This document shows, piece after piece, positions 1 through 8,599 of a stretch of 64,000 bases of DNA. A program made the translations under genes and the position numbers. Location of the stretch: positions 15,340-79,339 of the forward strand of contig JBPOIO010000023.1 in NCBI GenBank assembly GCA_052034405.1, read 5' to 3'. Below the pieces are notes generated by a model. It worked only from the letters and a program-made list of their open reading frames with translations. It was not told the origin of the DNA and made no database searches. Numbering within the stretch: the first letter of the stretch is position 1; each line of letters opens with the position of its first letter. Source of the DNA: Candidatus Magasanikiibacteriota bacterium (GTDB lineage: Bacteria > Patescibacteriota > Patescibacteriia > Magasanikbacterales > UBA922).

Positions 1-590
1 CAGAATTTATGGGTGTTGTGATTGAAAAAATGAGTAAACGCAAGGGAAACATGACCCACATGCAAGCAACAGGAAACATGACTCGTATTATTTTTGAAAT
101 TCCAACTCGTGGACTTCTTGGATACCGTGGTGAATTTATCATGGATACACGCGGCGAAGGAATCCTCGCATCTCGTGTAATTGGATTCAAGCCTCACGTA
201 GGAACAATTGAAAAACGCTCTGTTGGTTCAATGATTTCAAGTGTGACAGGAAAAGCACTTGGATATTCACTGTGGAACCTCCAAGAACGAGGATCCCTCT
301 ATATTGGTCCAAATACAGATGTATACGAAGGAATGGTTATTGGAAACGTTGCCAAGGGCAATGACATGGCTGTGAACCCTACAAAAGGAAAGCAGCTCAC
401 CAACATGCGTGCTAGTGGATCTGACGATGCAATTATCCTCACTCCATTTTTGCCAATTACATTGGAGCGTGGTATGGAAATTATGACTGAAGATGAATAT
501 CTTGAAATTACTCCAAACAATATCCGCCTTCGTAAACAGTTTTTGACAGAAAATGATCGTGTACGCGCAGCGCGAAGTGGAAATAAGTAA
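1..590 (+). CDS. typA: Translational GTPase TypA/BipA, C-terminal part (5' end outside window)
   Basis: IPTRGLLGYRGEF, YEGMVIG, KQLTNMRASGSDD and EYLEITP..IRLRK are BipA C-terminal motifs. Confidence 0.95.
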   Translation, partial: EFMGVVIEKMSKRKGNMTHMQATGNMTRIIFEIPTRGLLGYRGEFIMDTRGEGILASRVIGFKPHVGTIEKRSVGSMISSVTGKALGYSLWNLQERGSLYIGPNTDVYEGMVIGNVAKGNDMAVNPTKGKQLTNMRASGSDDAIILTPFLPITLERGMEIMTEDEYLEITPNNIRLRKQFLTENDRVRAARSGNK

Positions 591-624
591 GATTGACAAA
601 AAGTCCTCAAATAGGTTAGAATCT

Positions 625-894
625 ATGCCTATGATAACGCTTTTTTTCGTAGGCATTGCTGAGATGATCATCATTGCTGCTTGGACCAAAATGGTCTCTG
701 ACAACAAGATTTTGGCGAGTGGTGTCATTACCCTCATCAATATTGTGACCTGGTACTATGTTCTCGAACGTATTTTGCAGGACCTCGGAAATTGGAAAGT
801 GGTTGCGTTTTATGCAATAGGATGCGCACTTGGCACTATGCTCACCACTTGGTATTTCCAAGTAAAAGAAAAAAAAGAATCGGCAAGTCAATAA
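625..894 (+). CDS. Small 3-TM membrane protein (DUF5698/DUF2179-like); start at 625 or 631
   Basis: Hydrophobic helices with YAIGCALGT motif; TTGACA-18-TAGAAT promoter at 593-622. Confidence 0.7.
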   Translation: MPMITLFFVGIAEMIIIAAWTKMVSDNKILASGVITLINIVTWYYVLERILQDLGNWKVVAFYAIGCALGTMLTTWYFQVKEKKESASQ

Positions 895-900
895 CCGCAA

Positions 901-974
901 CAAAAAACCACCCGTATCTCCTTGCTTTATTTCCAAATACTTAGAAATAAAGGAATGTGTGCGGGTGGTTTTTG
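901..974. terminator. Long bidirectional hairpin/terminator between convergent genes
   Basis: CAAAAAACCACCCG ... CGGGTGGTTTTTG outer stem with TTTATTTC/GAAATAAA inner stem. Confidence 0.7.
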
Positions 975-1017
975 ATGTGTCGTCGGGCGGGGTTAAGGCA
1001 GGCTAGTTTATGAAGGT

Positions 1018-1161
1018 TTATCGCAGGAGGAGGCCAGCCAGTTGGAGAAGACAGCCTCCAATGGTCATCCCACTGAACAGGGCACAGACGATGAAGACGT
1101 AGTCTTCGACCTCTCGCCCTTGGAATTTCGAGGGGCTGAACTTTCCTTCTTTAGCAGACAT
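1018..1161 (-). CDS. GC-rich 47-aa orphan with C-terminal hydrophobic helix (MSAKEGKFSPSKFQGREVEDYVFIVCALFSGMTIGGCLLQLAGLLLR); not in ORF track
   Basis: Read manually; ~57% GC; GAAAGG SD-like site upstream; own promoter and downstream hairpin. Confidence 0.6.
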   Translation of the reverse strand: MSAKEGKFSPSKFQGREVEDYVFIVCALFSGMTIGGCLLQLAGLLLR

Positions 1162-1190
1162 GTTTTGCCTTTCGGGTTGACGAACAATTT

Positions 1191-1219
1191 ATAATATCAT
1201 TTTTTCTTGCTTTTGTCAA
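1191..1219 (-). promoter_or_regulatory. sigma70 promoter TTGACA-17-TATTAT driving the 47-aa orphan
   Basis: Reverse complement reads TTGACA aaagcaagaaaaaatga TATTAT. Confidence 0.7.
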
Positions 1220-1261
1220 TATATCTTGCTACACTAAGAAAGTCCCAAAAAGACTTTTTTT

Positions 1262-4135
1262 ATGTCCGAAAAAAAGCTCAATAAAGCCCAAGAAGAGGCT
1301 GTCCGCTATACGGATGGGCCGCTTTTGATTGTGGCTGGAGCTGGGACTGGGAAAACCACCGTTATTACCGAAAAGATAGCCTATTTGATAGAAAAAGAAC
1401 TGGCACATCCTGGACAGATTGTAGCGCTTACCTTTACCGACAAGGCTGCTCTTGAAATGCAGGATCGTGTGGACGAACGCCTTGAGTTGCCCTATAGCGA
1501 TATCCATATTTCCACTTTTCATACTTTTTGTCAGCGTTTACTCGAGCAGTATGCCCTTGAAATTGGTATTCCAAATAAATTCAAACTGATTACTGAGACT
1601 GATGCATGGCTTCTTATACGGGAGCATATCTATGAATTTGATCTCAAATATTTTCGTCCTCTTGGAAATCCCACACGCCATATACATGAATTTTTGAAGC
1701 ATTTTTCAAAATGTAAAGATGAAATTATTTCTCCCGAAGAATATATTCAGTATGTAAAATCTACATCCTTTGAAGATAGCGAAGAACAAGAACGTCTTGG
1801 TGAACTTGCTCATGCTTACCAAAAATATAACCAGCTCCTTCTTGAAAAAGGCTATTTGGATTTTGGCGATCTTATTTATTACTGTGTCAAACTGTTTCGT
1901 GAACGTCCAAATATTTTGAAACGTATTCAAAATCACTACAAATATATTTTGGTCGATGAGTTTCAGGATGTGAATTATGCGCAGTATCTTTTAACACAAT
2001 TACTTTCACAAAGTGCACAGCTTACAGTCGTGGGAGATGATGATCAAAGTATATACGCCTTTCGCGGAGCCTCTGTTTCAAATATTTTGAAGTTTCAAGA
2101 AGATTTTGGCAATGCAAAAAATATTGTCCTCAACGAAAATTATCGTTCGGATCAAAAAATATTGGATGCTGCCTATACATCGATTCAAAACAACAATCCT
2201 GATCGACTGGAAGTAAAATTACATATTGATAAAAAACTCAAGGCCGGAGTAAATTATCCAAAAGCGGCGGTTGTCCATTTGCATTCTCCTACACTTGCTG
2301 CAGAAGTAAAAAGTGTTGTTGAAGAAATTATACGTCTCAAAAATGAAAGTCTCTCTACGAGTTGGGACGATTTTGCAATTCTTGCACGTGCCAATAGTCA
2401 TGTAGAACCATTTATCCAGGGCCTTGAAAAAGCGGGGATTCCCTACGAATTTCTTTCGTCGATTGGACTCTTTCACCAACCCCTTGTGATGGATGCTATC
2501 AACTATTTCAAAATTTTGGATAATTATTTTGATTCTTCGGCATTGTATCGATTGCTGCGTATTGCATGTCTTGCTCTCTCAGAAGAGGATATGCAAAAAA
2601 TTACTTTCAATGCCCAAAAAAAATCTCTTTCTTATTATGAAGTCCTTTTGATCGCAGAAGAGCTCGAGCTTTCTGTAGAGGGTATTGAAAAATCAAAAAA
2701 GATTATTGAACTCATTCAAGAAGGTCTCATTGAATCTCGAAAAGAAAAACCTTCAATACTTTTGTATCACTTTCTTGAACGAAGTGGAGTACTCAAATAT
2801 TTGACAGACGAAGAGAGAAACGATAATCAATATATCATTCACCAGATTTATCAGCTTAATCAATTTTTTGAATTGCTCAAACAGTATGAAGAGAGCAATT
2901 CAGATGCGCATATACAAGGATTTTTGACGCAGTATAACTATACGATTGAATCGGGTGACGAAGGAAAAATGTACCAACCTGTTGACACTCCAGACTCGGT
3001 GAATATTTTGACTGTGCATGGATCTAAGGGGCTTGAGTTCAAGTATGTGTTTATTATCAACATGGTCGAAGAGCGTTTTCCTTCGCGTCGTCGAGGAGAA
3101 TCTCTTGAAGTTCCTGCCGCCCTCATCAAAGAAGGCCTTTCAGAAGGGGATTATCACTACCAAGAAGAACGTCGGCTTTTTTATGTTGCCATGACGCGTG
3201 CCAAAGAACGCTTGTATTTTACGAGCGCGAGTAGTTATGGTGGTGTACGAGAAAAAAAACTCAGTCGATTTTTGGATGAGCTCGGATATACAGCAATAAA
3301 AGGAGAAAAAATTCAGGCTTCAACAGAAATTATTGCCAGTCAAACGACTCCTCGACAGAGTATGAGCTATCAAATACCAGCATCATTTTCTTTTTCGCAG
3401 ATAAAATCCTATCAAACTTGTCCCTATCAATACAAACTCGCGCATATCATAAAAATTCCTACAAAAAGTAATGCCCATTTTAGTTTTGGAACCAGTATTC
3501 ACAGCACTTTCCAAAAATTTTATGAACAGGTGCAAGCGCTCAATACGCCAGCAACAAACTCAGTGATTGTTCCAAGTCTGGAGGAGCTTCTCGAAATCTA
3601 CAAAGCAAGTTTTATTTCCGATTGGTATAAAGATGCTGTGCAAAAAGAAAGTTACTTCAAAAAAGGACAGGAAATTTTGAAACTGTTTTATACTTCACAG
3701 GAAAATAATTGGCGCGTACCAGTAGCCCTTGAAAGTGCTTTCAAAATAAAAGTGGGGGACTATACACTGCGTGGACGCATTGATCGTATTGATCAGCTCC
3801 CAGATGGTACACTTGAAATTATTGATTACAAGACAGGAGAGAGTAAAGACAAGCTCACTGCCGAAGACAAAGAACAGCTTTTGATTTACCAAATAGCAGC
3901 CGAGACCAATCCGCAGTATCGTCATTTGGGTCGTGTTGAAAAGCTGACATTTTTTTATGTAAATGATACTATACAGATGTCTTTTGTGGGTAAAGAAAAA
4001 GAATTGGAAAAATTGAGTGAAAAACTCCACGAAACGATCAGGGCAATTCACTCAGGGGATTTTACTGCAAGTCCCTCTCCATTTATTTGCGCACATTGTG
4101 ATTTCAAAGATATTTGTGAATTTCGAAGCCTTTAG
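1262..4135 (+). CDS. UvrD/PcrA-family SF1 helicase fused to a C-terminal PD-(D/E)XK nuclease with 4 Cys (AdnA/AddA-like)
   Basis: AGAGTGKT, VDEFQD, GDDDQSIY.FRGA, EERRLFYVAMTRA; then TCP..Y, GRIDRID..IIDYKTG, CxxCxxxxxC. Confidence 0.92.
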   Translation: MSEKKLNKAQEEAVRYTDGPLLIVAGAGTGKTTVITEKIAYLIEKELAHPGQIVALTFTDKAALEMQDRVDERLELPYSDIHISTFHTFCQRLLEQYALEIGIPNKFKLITETDAWLLIREHIYEFDLKYFRPLGNPTRHIHEFLKHFSKCKDEIISPEEYIQYVKSTSFEDSEEQERLGELAHAYQKYNQLLLEKGYLDFGDLIYYCVKLFRERPNILKRIQNHYKYILVDEFQDVNYAQYLLTQLLSQSAQLTVVGDDDQSIYAFRGASVSNILKFQEDFGNAKNIVLNENYRSDQKILDAAYTSIQNNNPDRLEVKLHIDKKLKAGVNYPKAAVVHLHSPTLAAEVKSVVEEIIRLKNESLSTSWDDFAILARANSHVEPFIQGLEKAGIPYEFLSSIGLFHQPLVMDAINYFKILDNYFDSSALYRLLRIACLALSEEDMQKITFNAQKKSLSYYEVLLIAEELELSVEGIEKSKKIIELIQEGLIESRKEKPSILLYHFLERSGVLKYLTDEERNDNQYIIHQIYQLNQFFELLKQYEESNSDAHIQGFLTQYNYTIESGDEGKMYQPVDTPDSVNILTVHGSKGLEFKYVFIINMVEERFPSRRRGESLEVPAALIKEGLSEGDYHYQEERRLFYVAMTRAKERLYFTSASSYGGVREKKLSRFLDELGYTAIKGEKIQASTEIIASQTTPRQSMSYQIPASFSFSQIKSYQTCPYQYKLAHIIKIPTKSNAHFSFGTSIHSTFQKFYEQVQALNTPATNSVIVPSLEELLEIYKASFISDWYKDAVQKESYFKKGQEILKLFYTSQENNWRVPVALESAFKIKVGDYTLRGRIDRIDQLPDGTLEIIDYKTGESKDKLTAEDKEQLLIYQIAAETNPQYRHLGRVEKLTFFYVNDTIQMSFVGKEKELEKLSEKLHETIRAIHSGDFTASPSPFICAHCDFKDICEFRSL

Positions 4136-4137
4136 CT

Positions 4138-4437
4138 ATGTCAATGACCCTTCTCGGTGACGCTCTCAAAAAACGAATGGGTATGGATAGACCTTTGCAA
4201 GCGCAGGCCGAGGCTGGTCTTTTGATTTCCCTTGCAGGAAGCATTCTCAATGATTTTGTGGGACCAGATAATAGCAAATATATAAAACCACTTTTTATCA
4301 AAAACCGTACGCTTACGATTACCTGTGCTTCTTCGGCACTTTCCCAAGAAATTCACCTCAATCAAGCAAAAATAATCAATCAAATCAATGAAAAGTTTGG
4401 TCAAAATGCCCTCGACCGTATTCGCTATTTGCTCTAG
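4138..4437 (+). CDS. DciA (DUF721) helicase-loader-like protein
   Basis: TLTITCASSALSQEIHL...IINQIN..FG pattern typical of DUF721. Confidence 0.7.
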   Translation: MSMTLLGDALKKRMGMDRPLQAQAEAGLLISLAGSILNDFVGPDNSKYIKPLFIKNRTLTITCASSALSQEIHLNQAKIINQINEKFGQNALDRIRYLL

Positions 4438-4512
4438 GCCCTACTCGCTTGCCAAAAAGTCTAAAAAAGGCTACACTAGAAGAGATGAAACAGTCTTTTT
4501 TTTGTAAACTCT

Positions 4513-4917
4513 ATGAATTTACGACAATACCTCTCTATCATGGCCTGTGCCACAGTTCTTGGCTGGGTTGCGTGGCTTTTTGTAATAATAAATGTAGACC
4601 CTTTTCAGGAAAACACTTTGGGCTTCTTTTTCTTTTATGTGAGTCTCTTTTTTTCTCTTATTGGGACAATTTCTCTGTTTTCATTTCTTATCACTCAAAT
4701 TTTTCCAAAACCCATGGTCCCGATGTACCGTTTGGTTCAAAAAAGTTTTCGTATTGGGCTTTTACTCTCTGGAATTCTCATTGTACTGCTTTTTCTCCAA
4801 GGAAAAGAAATTTTGACCAAATGGAATAGTATTTTACTCTTGTTTATTGGCGTTACCACAACTTGTTTTTTTCTTTCAACCAAATATTTCGTCAGTAAAG
4901 ATAACATGATTCAATAA
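4513..4917 (+). CDS. Conserved CPR-type 4-TM membrane protein
   Basis: Four hydrophobic segments; TTGCCA-17-TACACT promoter at 4449-4477; abuts proS. Confidence 0.75.
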   Translation: MNLRQYLSIMACATVLGWVAWLFVIINVDPFQENTLGFFFFYVSLFFSLIGTISLFSFLITQIFPKPMVPMYRLVQKSFRIGLLLSGILIVLLFLQGKEILTKWNSILLLFIGVTTTCFFLSTKYFVSKDNMIQ

Positions 4918-4919
4918 GT

Positions 4920-6170
4920 ATGAAACAATCAAAATTATTTACCAAAACTCAAAAAGATATTAGTAAAGATGAAACAAGTGTCAATGCTCAATTTTTGCTT
5001 CGTGGTGGATTTGTGGATCGTCTGACTGCAGGTGTGTATAGTTATTTGCCTCTGGGACTTCGAGTTCTTCAAAAAATTGAAAACATTATTCGAGAAGAAA
5101 TGAATGCTGTTGGTGGACAAGAAATTTTGATGCCAGCACTTCATCCTCGTGAAAATTGGGATACTACTGGACGTTGGGATGTGGTAGATGTTTTGTTTAA
5201 ACTTATTGGTGCTGGTGAAAAAGAATATGCACTTGGAGCAACACATGAAGAAGTGGTGACACCTCTTTTGCAAAAAAGTATAACTTCCTATAAAGATTTG
5301 CCAACTTCCGTGTATCAAATTCAAACAAAATTTCGCAATGAAGCTCGTGCAAAATCTGGAATTCTTCGTGGACGAGAATTTCGTATGAAAGATTTGTATT
5401 CTTTTCATACAAACCAAGCAGATCTCGATCGATATTACGAAGAAGTTCATGCTGCGTACAATAAAATTTACGAACGTTGTGGACTTGGGGATACAACATA
5501 CTATACCTATGCATCTGGTGGAGCATTCTCAAAATTTTCTCATGAATTTCAAACTATTACTTCTGCAGGAGAAGATATTATTTATGTCTGTGATGCTTGT
5601 AGAGTTGCCTTGAATAAAGAAATTATTGAAGAAATTGGACTTCAATGTCCTGAATGTAAAAATACAGAGCTAAGAGAAGAAAAAGCAATTGAAGTTGGAA
5701 ATATTTTCAAACTTGGTACAAAATTTAGTGATGCCTTTCAATTTTCTTTTCAAGATGAACAAAATAACTTGTCTCCAGTGATTATGGGCTGCTACGGTAT
5801 TGGACCATCTCGTGTGATGGGAACTATTGTTGAGGTACATCATGACGACAATGGTATTATTTGGCCAAAGGCGATTGCGCCATACCAAGTACATTTGATA
5901 TCACTCTGTCGTGATGAAGCGGATATGCAAAAAGCAGAAGCATTATACCAAAGACTTTTGGAACAAAATATTGAAGTACTTTACGATGACCGTGACGGAG
6001 TTCGCGCTGGAGAAAAATTTGCAGATTCAGATTTGCTTGGAATCCCAGTGCGTCTTGTTATAAGTCCAAAAACAATTGAAAAAAATTCAGTCGAAGTAAA
6101 AATGCGAGCTGGTGCAGAGGCAAGTCTCGTTTCTCTTGATGAACTCGAAACATTTATACAATCAATCTAA
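4920..6170 (+). CDS. proS: Prolyl-tRNA synthetase (short form lacking the INS editing domain)
   Basis: YQIQTKFRNEAR..SG.LRGREF.MKD, EVGNIFKLG, MGCYGIG, anticodon-binding domain. Confidence 0.95.
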   Translation: MKQSKLFTKTQKDISKDETSVNAQFLLRGGFVDRLTAGVYSYLPLGLRVLQKIENIIREEMNAVGGQEILMPALHPRENWDTTGRWDVVDVLFKLIGAGEKEYALGATHEEVVTPLLQKSITSYKDLPTSVYQIQTKFRNEARAKSGILRGREFRMKDLYSFHTNQADLDRYYEEVHAAYNKIYERCGLGDTTYYTYASGGAFSKFSHEFQTITSAGEDIIYVCDACRVALNKEIIEEIGLQCPECKNTELREEKAIEVGNIFKLGTKFSDAFQFSFQDEQNNLSPVIMGCYGIGPSRVMGTIVEVHHDDNGIIWPKAIAPYQVHLISLCRDEADMQKAEALYQRLLEQNIEVLYDDRDGVRAGEKFADSDLLGIPVRLVISPKTIEKNSVEVKMRAGAEASLVSLDELETFIQSI

Positions 6171-6176
6171 TATCCT

Positions 6177-7223
6177 ATGTGGTTTTTAAAAAAAATGGGC
6201 AAAGATATTGGGGTTGATCTTGGTACTGCTTCAACTCGTGTGTATGTTGGGGAACGTGGTATTGTTATTCACGAACCAACGGTTGTTGCGGTGAACAATA
6301 AAACAAACCAAATTCTTTCTGTTGGTGCCGAAGCCAAACAAATGCTTGGGAAAATTCCACCGCATATTACAGTGACACGACCACTCAGTCACGGTATTAT
6401 TTCCGATTATGAAGCAGCAGAAAAACTCCTGAAATTTTTTCTTGATAAAATGCAAGAAGAAGGTGGGGCACTGCTCAATCGTCCACGAATTATTATCGGA
6501 GTACCGCTTGCGGTAACAGAGGTTGAAATCAAGGCCGTAGAAGATGCTGCTATTGCGGCAGGTGCACGGGATGTGTTTATTGTCCAAGAACCAATGGCAG
6601 CAGCTATTGGTGCTCGTATGCCTATTCAAGATGCCCTTGGAAACATGATTGTCGATATTGGTGCTGGAAAAACAGAAGTAGCTGTCATATCACTCCAGGG
6701 TGTGGTAGCATGGAAATCTACAAAAATTGCAGGAGATGAAATTAATAGAAATATTATCCAATACGCCCGAGATGTATTCAATCTTTTTGTCGGAGAAAGT
6801 CACGCAGAACAAATTAAAATAAAAATTGGATCAGCTGTAGAACTGCCAGAAACTTTGCAATTTGCAATGCGTGGACGAGATGTAATGTCAGGACTTCCAA
6901 AAGAATTGATGATTAGTGATGCACATATTCGTGAAGCCATCGAACGATCTTTGCGTGTTATTGTAGACACGATCAAAATGACACTTGAAATGACCCCGCC
7001 AGAGCTTACGGCAGATATTCACGAACGTGGAATTTTGCTTACTGGTGGAGGATCTCTCTTGCATGGAATTGACAAGCTTATTGCAGAAGCCACAGGTATT
7101 CCTGTACGTATTGCTGATGATCCAATTACTTCTGTAGTTCGTGGTACTGGAATTTTGCTTGATGATGCAGTACTTCTCAAAGAAATTGCATTACCATCGG
7201 CACGAGACATCCGTAAGTTATAG
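6177..7223 (+). CDS. mreB: Rod-shape actin MreB (copy 1, in mreBCD-mrdA operon)
   Basis: DLGTA, EPMAAAIGA, VDIGAG.TEVAVISL, LTGGG. Confidence 0.93.
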   Translation: MWFLKKMGKDIGVDLGTASTRVYVGERGIVIHEPTVVAVNNKTNQILSVGAEAKQMLGKIPPHITVTRPLSHGIISDYEAAEKLLKFFLDKMQEEGGALLNRPRIIIGVPLAVTEVEIKAVEDAAIAAGARDVFIVQEPMAAAIGARMPIQDALGNMIVDIGAGKTEVAVISLQGVVAWKSTKIAGDEINRNIIQYARDVFNLFVGESHAEQIKIKIGSAVELPETLQFAMRGRDVMSGLPKELMISDAHIREAIERSLRVIVDTIKMTLEMTPPELTADIHERGILLTGGGSLLHGIDKLIAEATGIPVRIADDPITSVVRGTGILLDDAVLLKEIALPSARDIRKL

Positions 7224-7227
7224 ACGT

Positions 7228-8022
7228 ATGCATAAATCTCGTCTTCGGACATTTTTATCAATATTTTTTCTTATTGTTTTTTTTATTATTCTTCATTATA
7301 TTGGAGCTTTGAAAAAAACAGAATATTTTATACGTCAGGTATTATCTCCGCTTTCTTCTCGTATGTATCAAGGAAGTATAGCTCTCAAAGATGCTGAAAA
7401 TAACTTCCAAAGTGATCCAAAAATTGAGTTACAAAAAGCAGAAGAAAAACTTCTTTCTTGTCAGATTGATACAGCAAATATCAAAATTTTACAAGATGAA
7501 AATATAGAGTTGCGCAATCAGTTGAATTTTTTTACAACACAAAAATTTGTTCATGTAGGAGCCGAAGTTATTGGACGAAACATTGAACCACTTGGCAGTA
7601 CACTGATTATCAATCGTGGAGCAAAAGATGGTCTCAAAGATGGAAATGCCGTGGTTATTTCAAATGGAATACTTATTGGGAAAGTAGCCAAAGTAGAAGA
7701 AGAATCATCGCTTGTGCGTCTTCTCAATGACAATCAGAGTAAGGTTGCGGCGACTATTTTGAATCACGAAAAAAGTTTGGGGGTTATTGAAGGGGGATTT
7801 GGTATTAGTGTTCGTATGAATTTTATTCCACAGCAAGAAGATGTGCGGGTAGGGGATATGATTATTACTTCGGGTCTTGAACAGGGTATGCCTCGTGGTC
7901 TTCTTATTGGAAATGTAGCTGCGATTGAAAAAGAAGCCTACGAGCCTTTTCAAACAGCAACACTTTCTCCTGCCGCATCACTTTCTTCGGTTGCATTTGT
8001 CTCGGTTATTACGGGTAAATAA
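7228..8022 (+). CDS. mreC: Rod-shape protein MreC
   Basis: N-terminal TM plus coiled coil, INRG..DG, TSGL...P.GL.IG; position after mreB. Confidence 0.92.
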   Translation: MHKSRLRTFLSIFFLIVFFIILHYIGALKKTEYFIRQVLSPLSSRMYQGSIALKDAENNFQSDPKIELQKAEEKLLSCQIDTANIKILQDENIELRNQLNFFTTQKFVHVGAEVIGRNIEPLGSTLIINRGAKDGLKDGNAVVISNGILIGKVAKVEEESSLVRLLNDNQSKVAATILNHEKSLGVIEGGFGISVRMNFIPQQEDVRVGDMIITSGLEQGMPRGLLIGNVAAIEKEAYEPFQTATLSPAASLSSVAFVSVITGK

Positions 8023-8066
8023 TGGACTCTTCGCACTATACTGTGCGAAGTAAGTGTACCCTTACT

Positions 8067-8597
8067 ATGAAAAATTTTCTTCGTTTTCTCTTTCTTTTTT
8101 TTATTACTCTTTTTGTTGTTGTTATACACTTTTTTATTGTGTATACCTTTTCATTTCCTTTTGACAAAGTGAATATACTTTTTATATATCTTATTTTTTA
8201 TTTACTGCTTACAGAACGTGGGAATGTGGTGTGGTTGGCATTTTTGACGCATATTTTTATCGAAGTATTTCCATCCAATATTTTTGGAGTAACACTTCTT
8301 TCAAGTTCATTGGCTTTTATATTTTCCTATTGGTTCCATATGTATTATATTACTAATAGAAAATGGTATGGAGCTACGACGCTTATTATTTCAACCTTGC
8401 TCTGTTATCGTATTTTGTATTCTGTATTTTTGTTTGTGTTTCATCGTATAGCACCAAGTAGTAGTCGGAGTATTCAATGGGCTGAACTGTGGCAATTGAG
8501 TGTGTATGAAATTGCTTTAACATCACTACTCTTTACATTTTTGTATCTTTTACTTTCAAAATTTTCAAAAACTTTTTCACGAGCACTGAGTAAATAA
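8067..8597 (+). CDS. mreD: MreD-like membrane protein (alternative start 8022)
   Basis: 5-TM hydrophobic protein between mreC and mrdA. Confidence 0.7.
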   Translation: MKNFLRFLFLFFITLFVVVIHFFIVYTFSFPFDKVNILFIYLIFYLLLTERGNVVWLAFLTHIFIEVFPSNIFGVTLLSSSLAFIFSYWFHMYYITNRKWYGATTLIISTLLCYRILYSVFLFVFHRIAPSSSRSIQWAELWQLSVYEIALTSLLFTFLYLLLSKFSKTFSRALSK

Positions 8598-8599
8598 TT

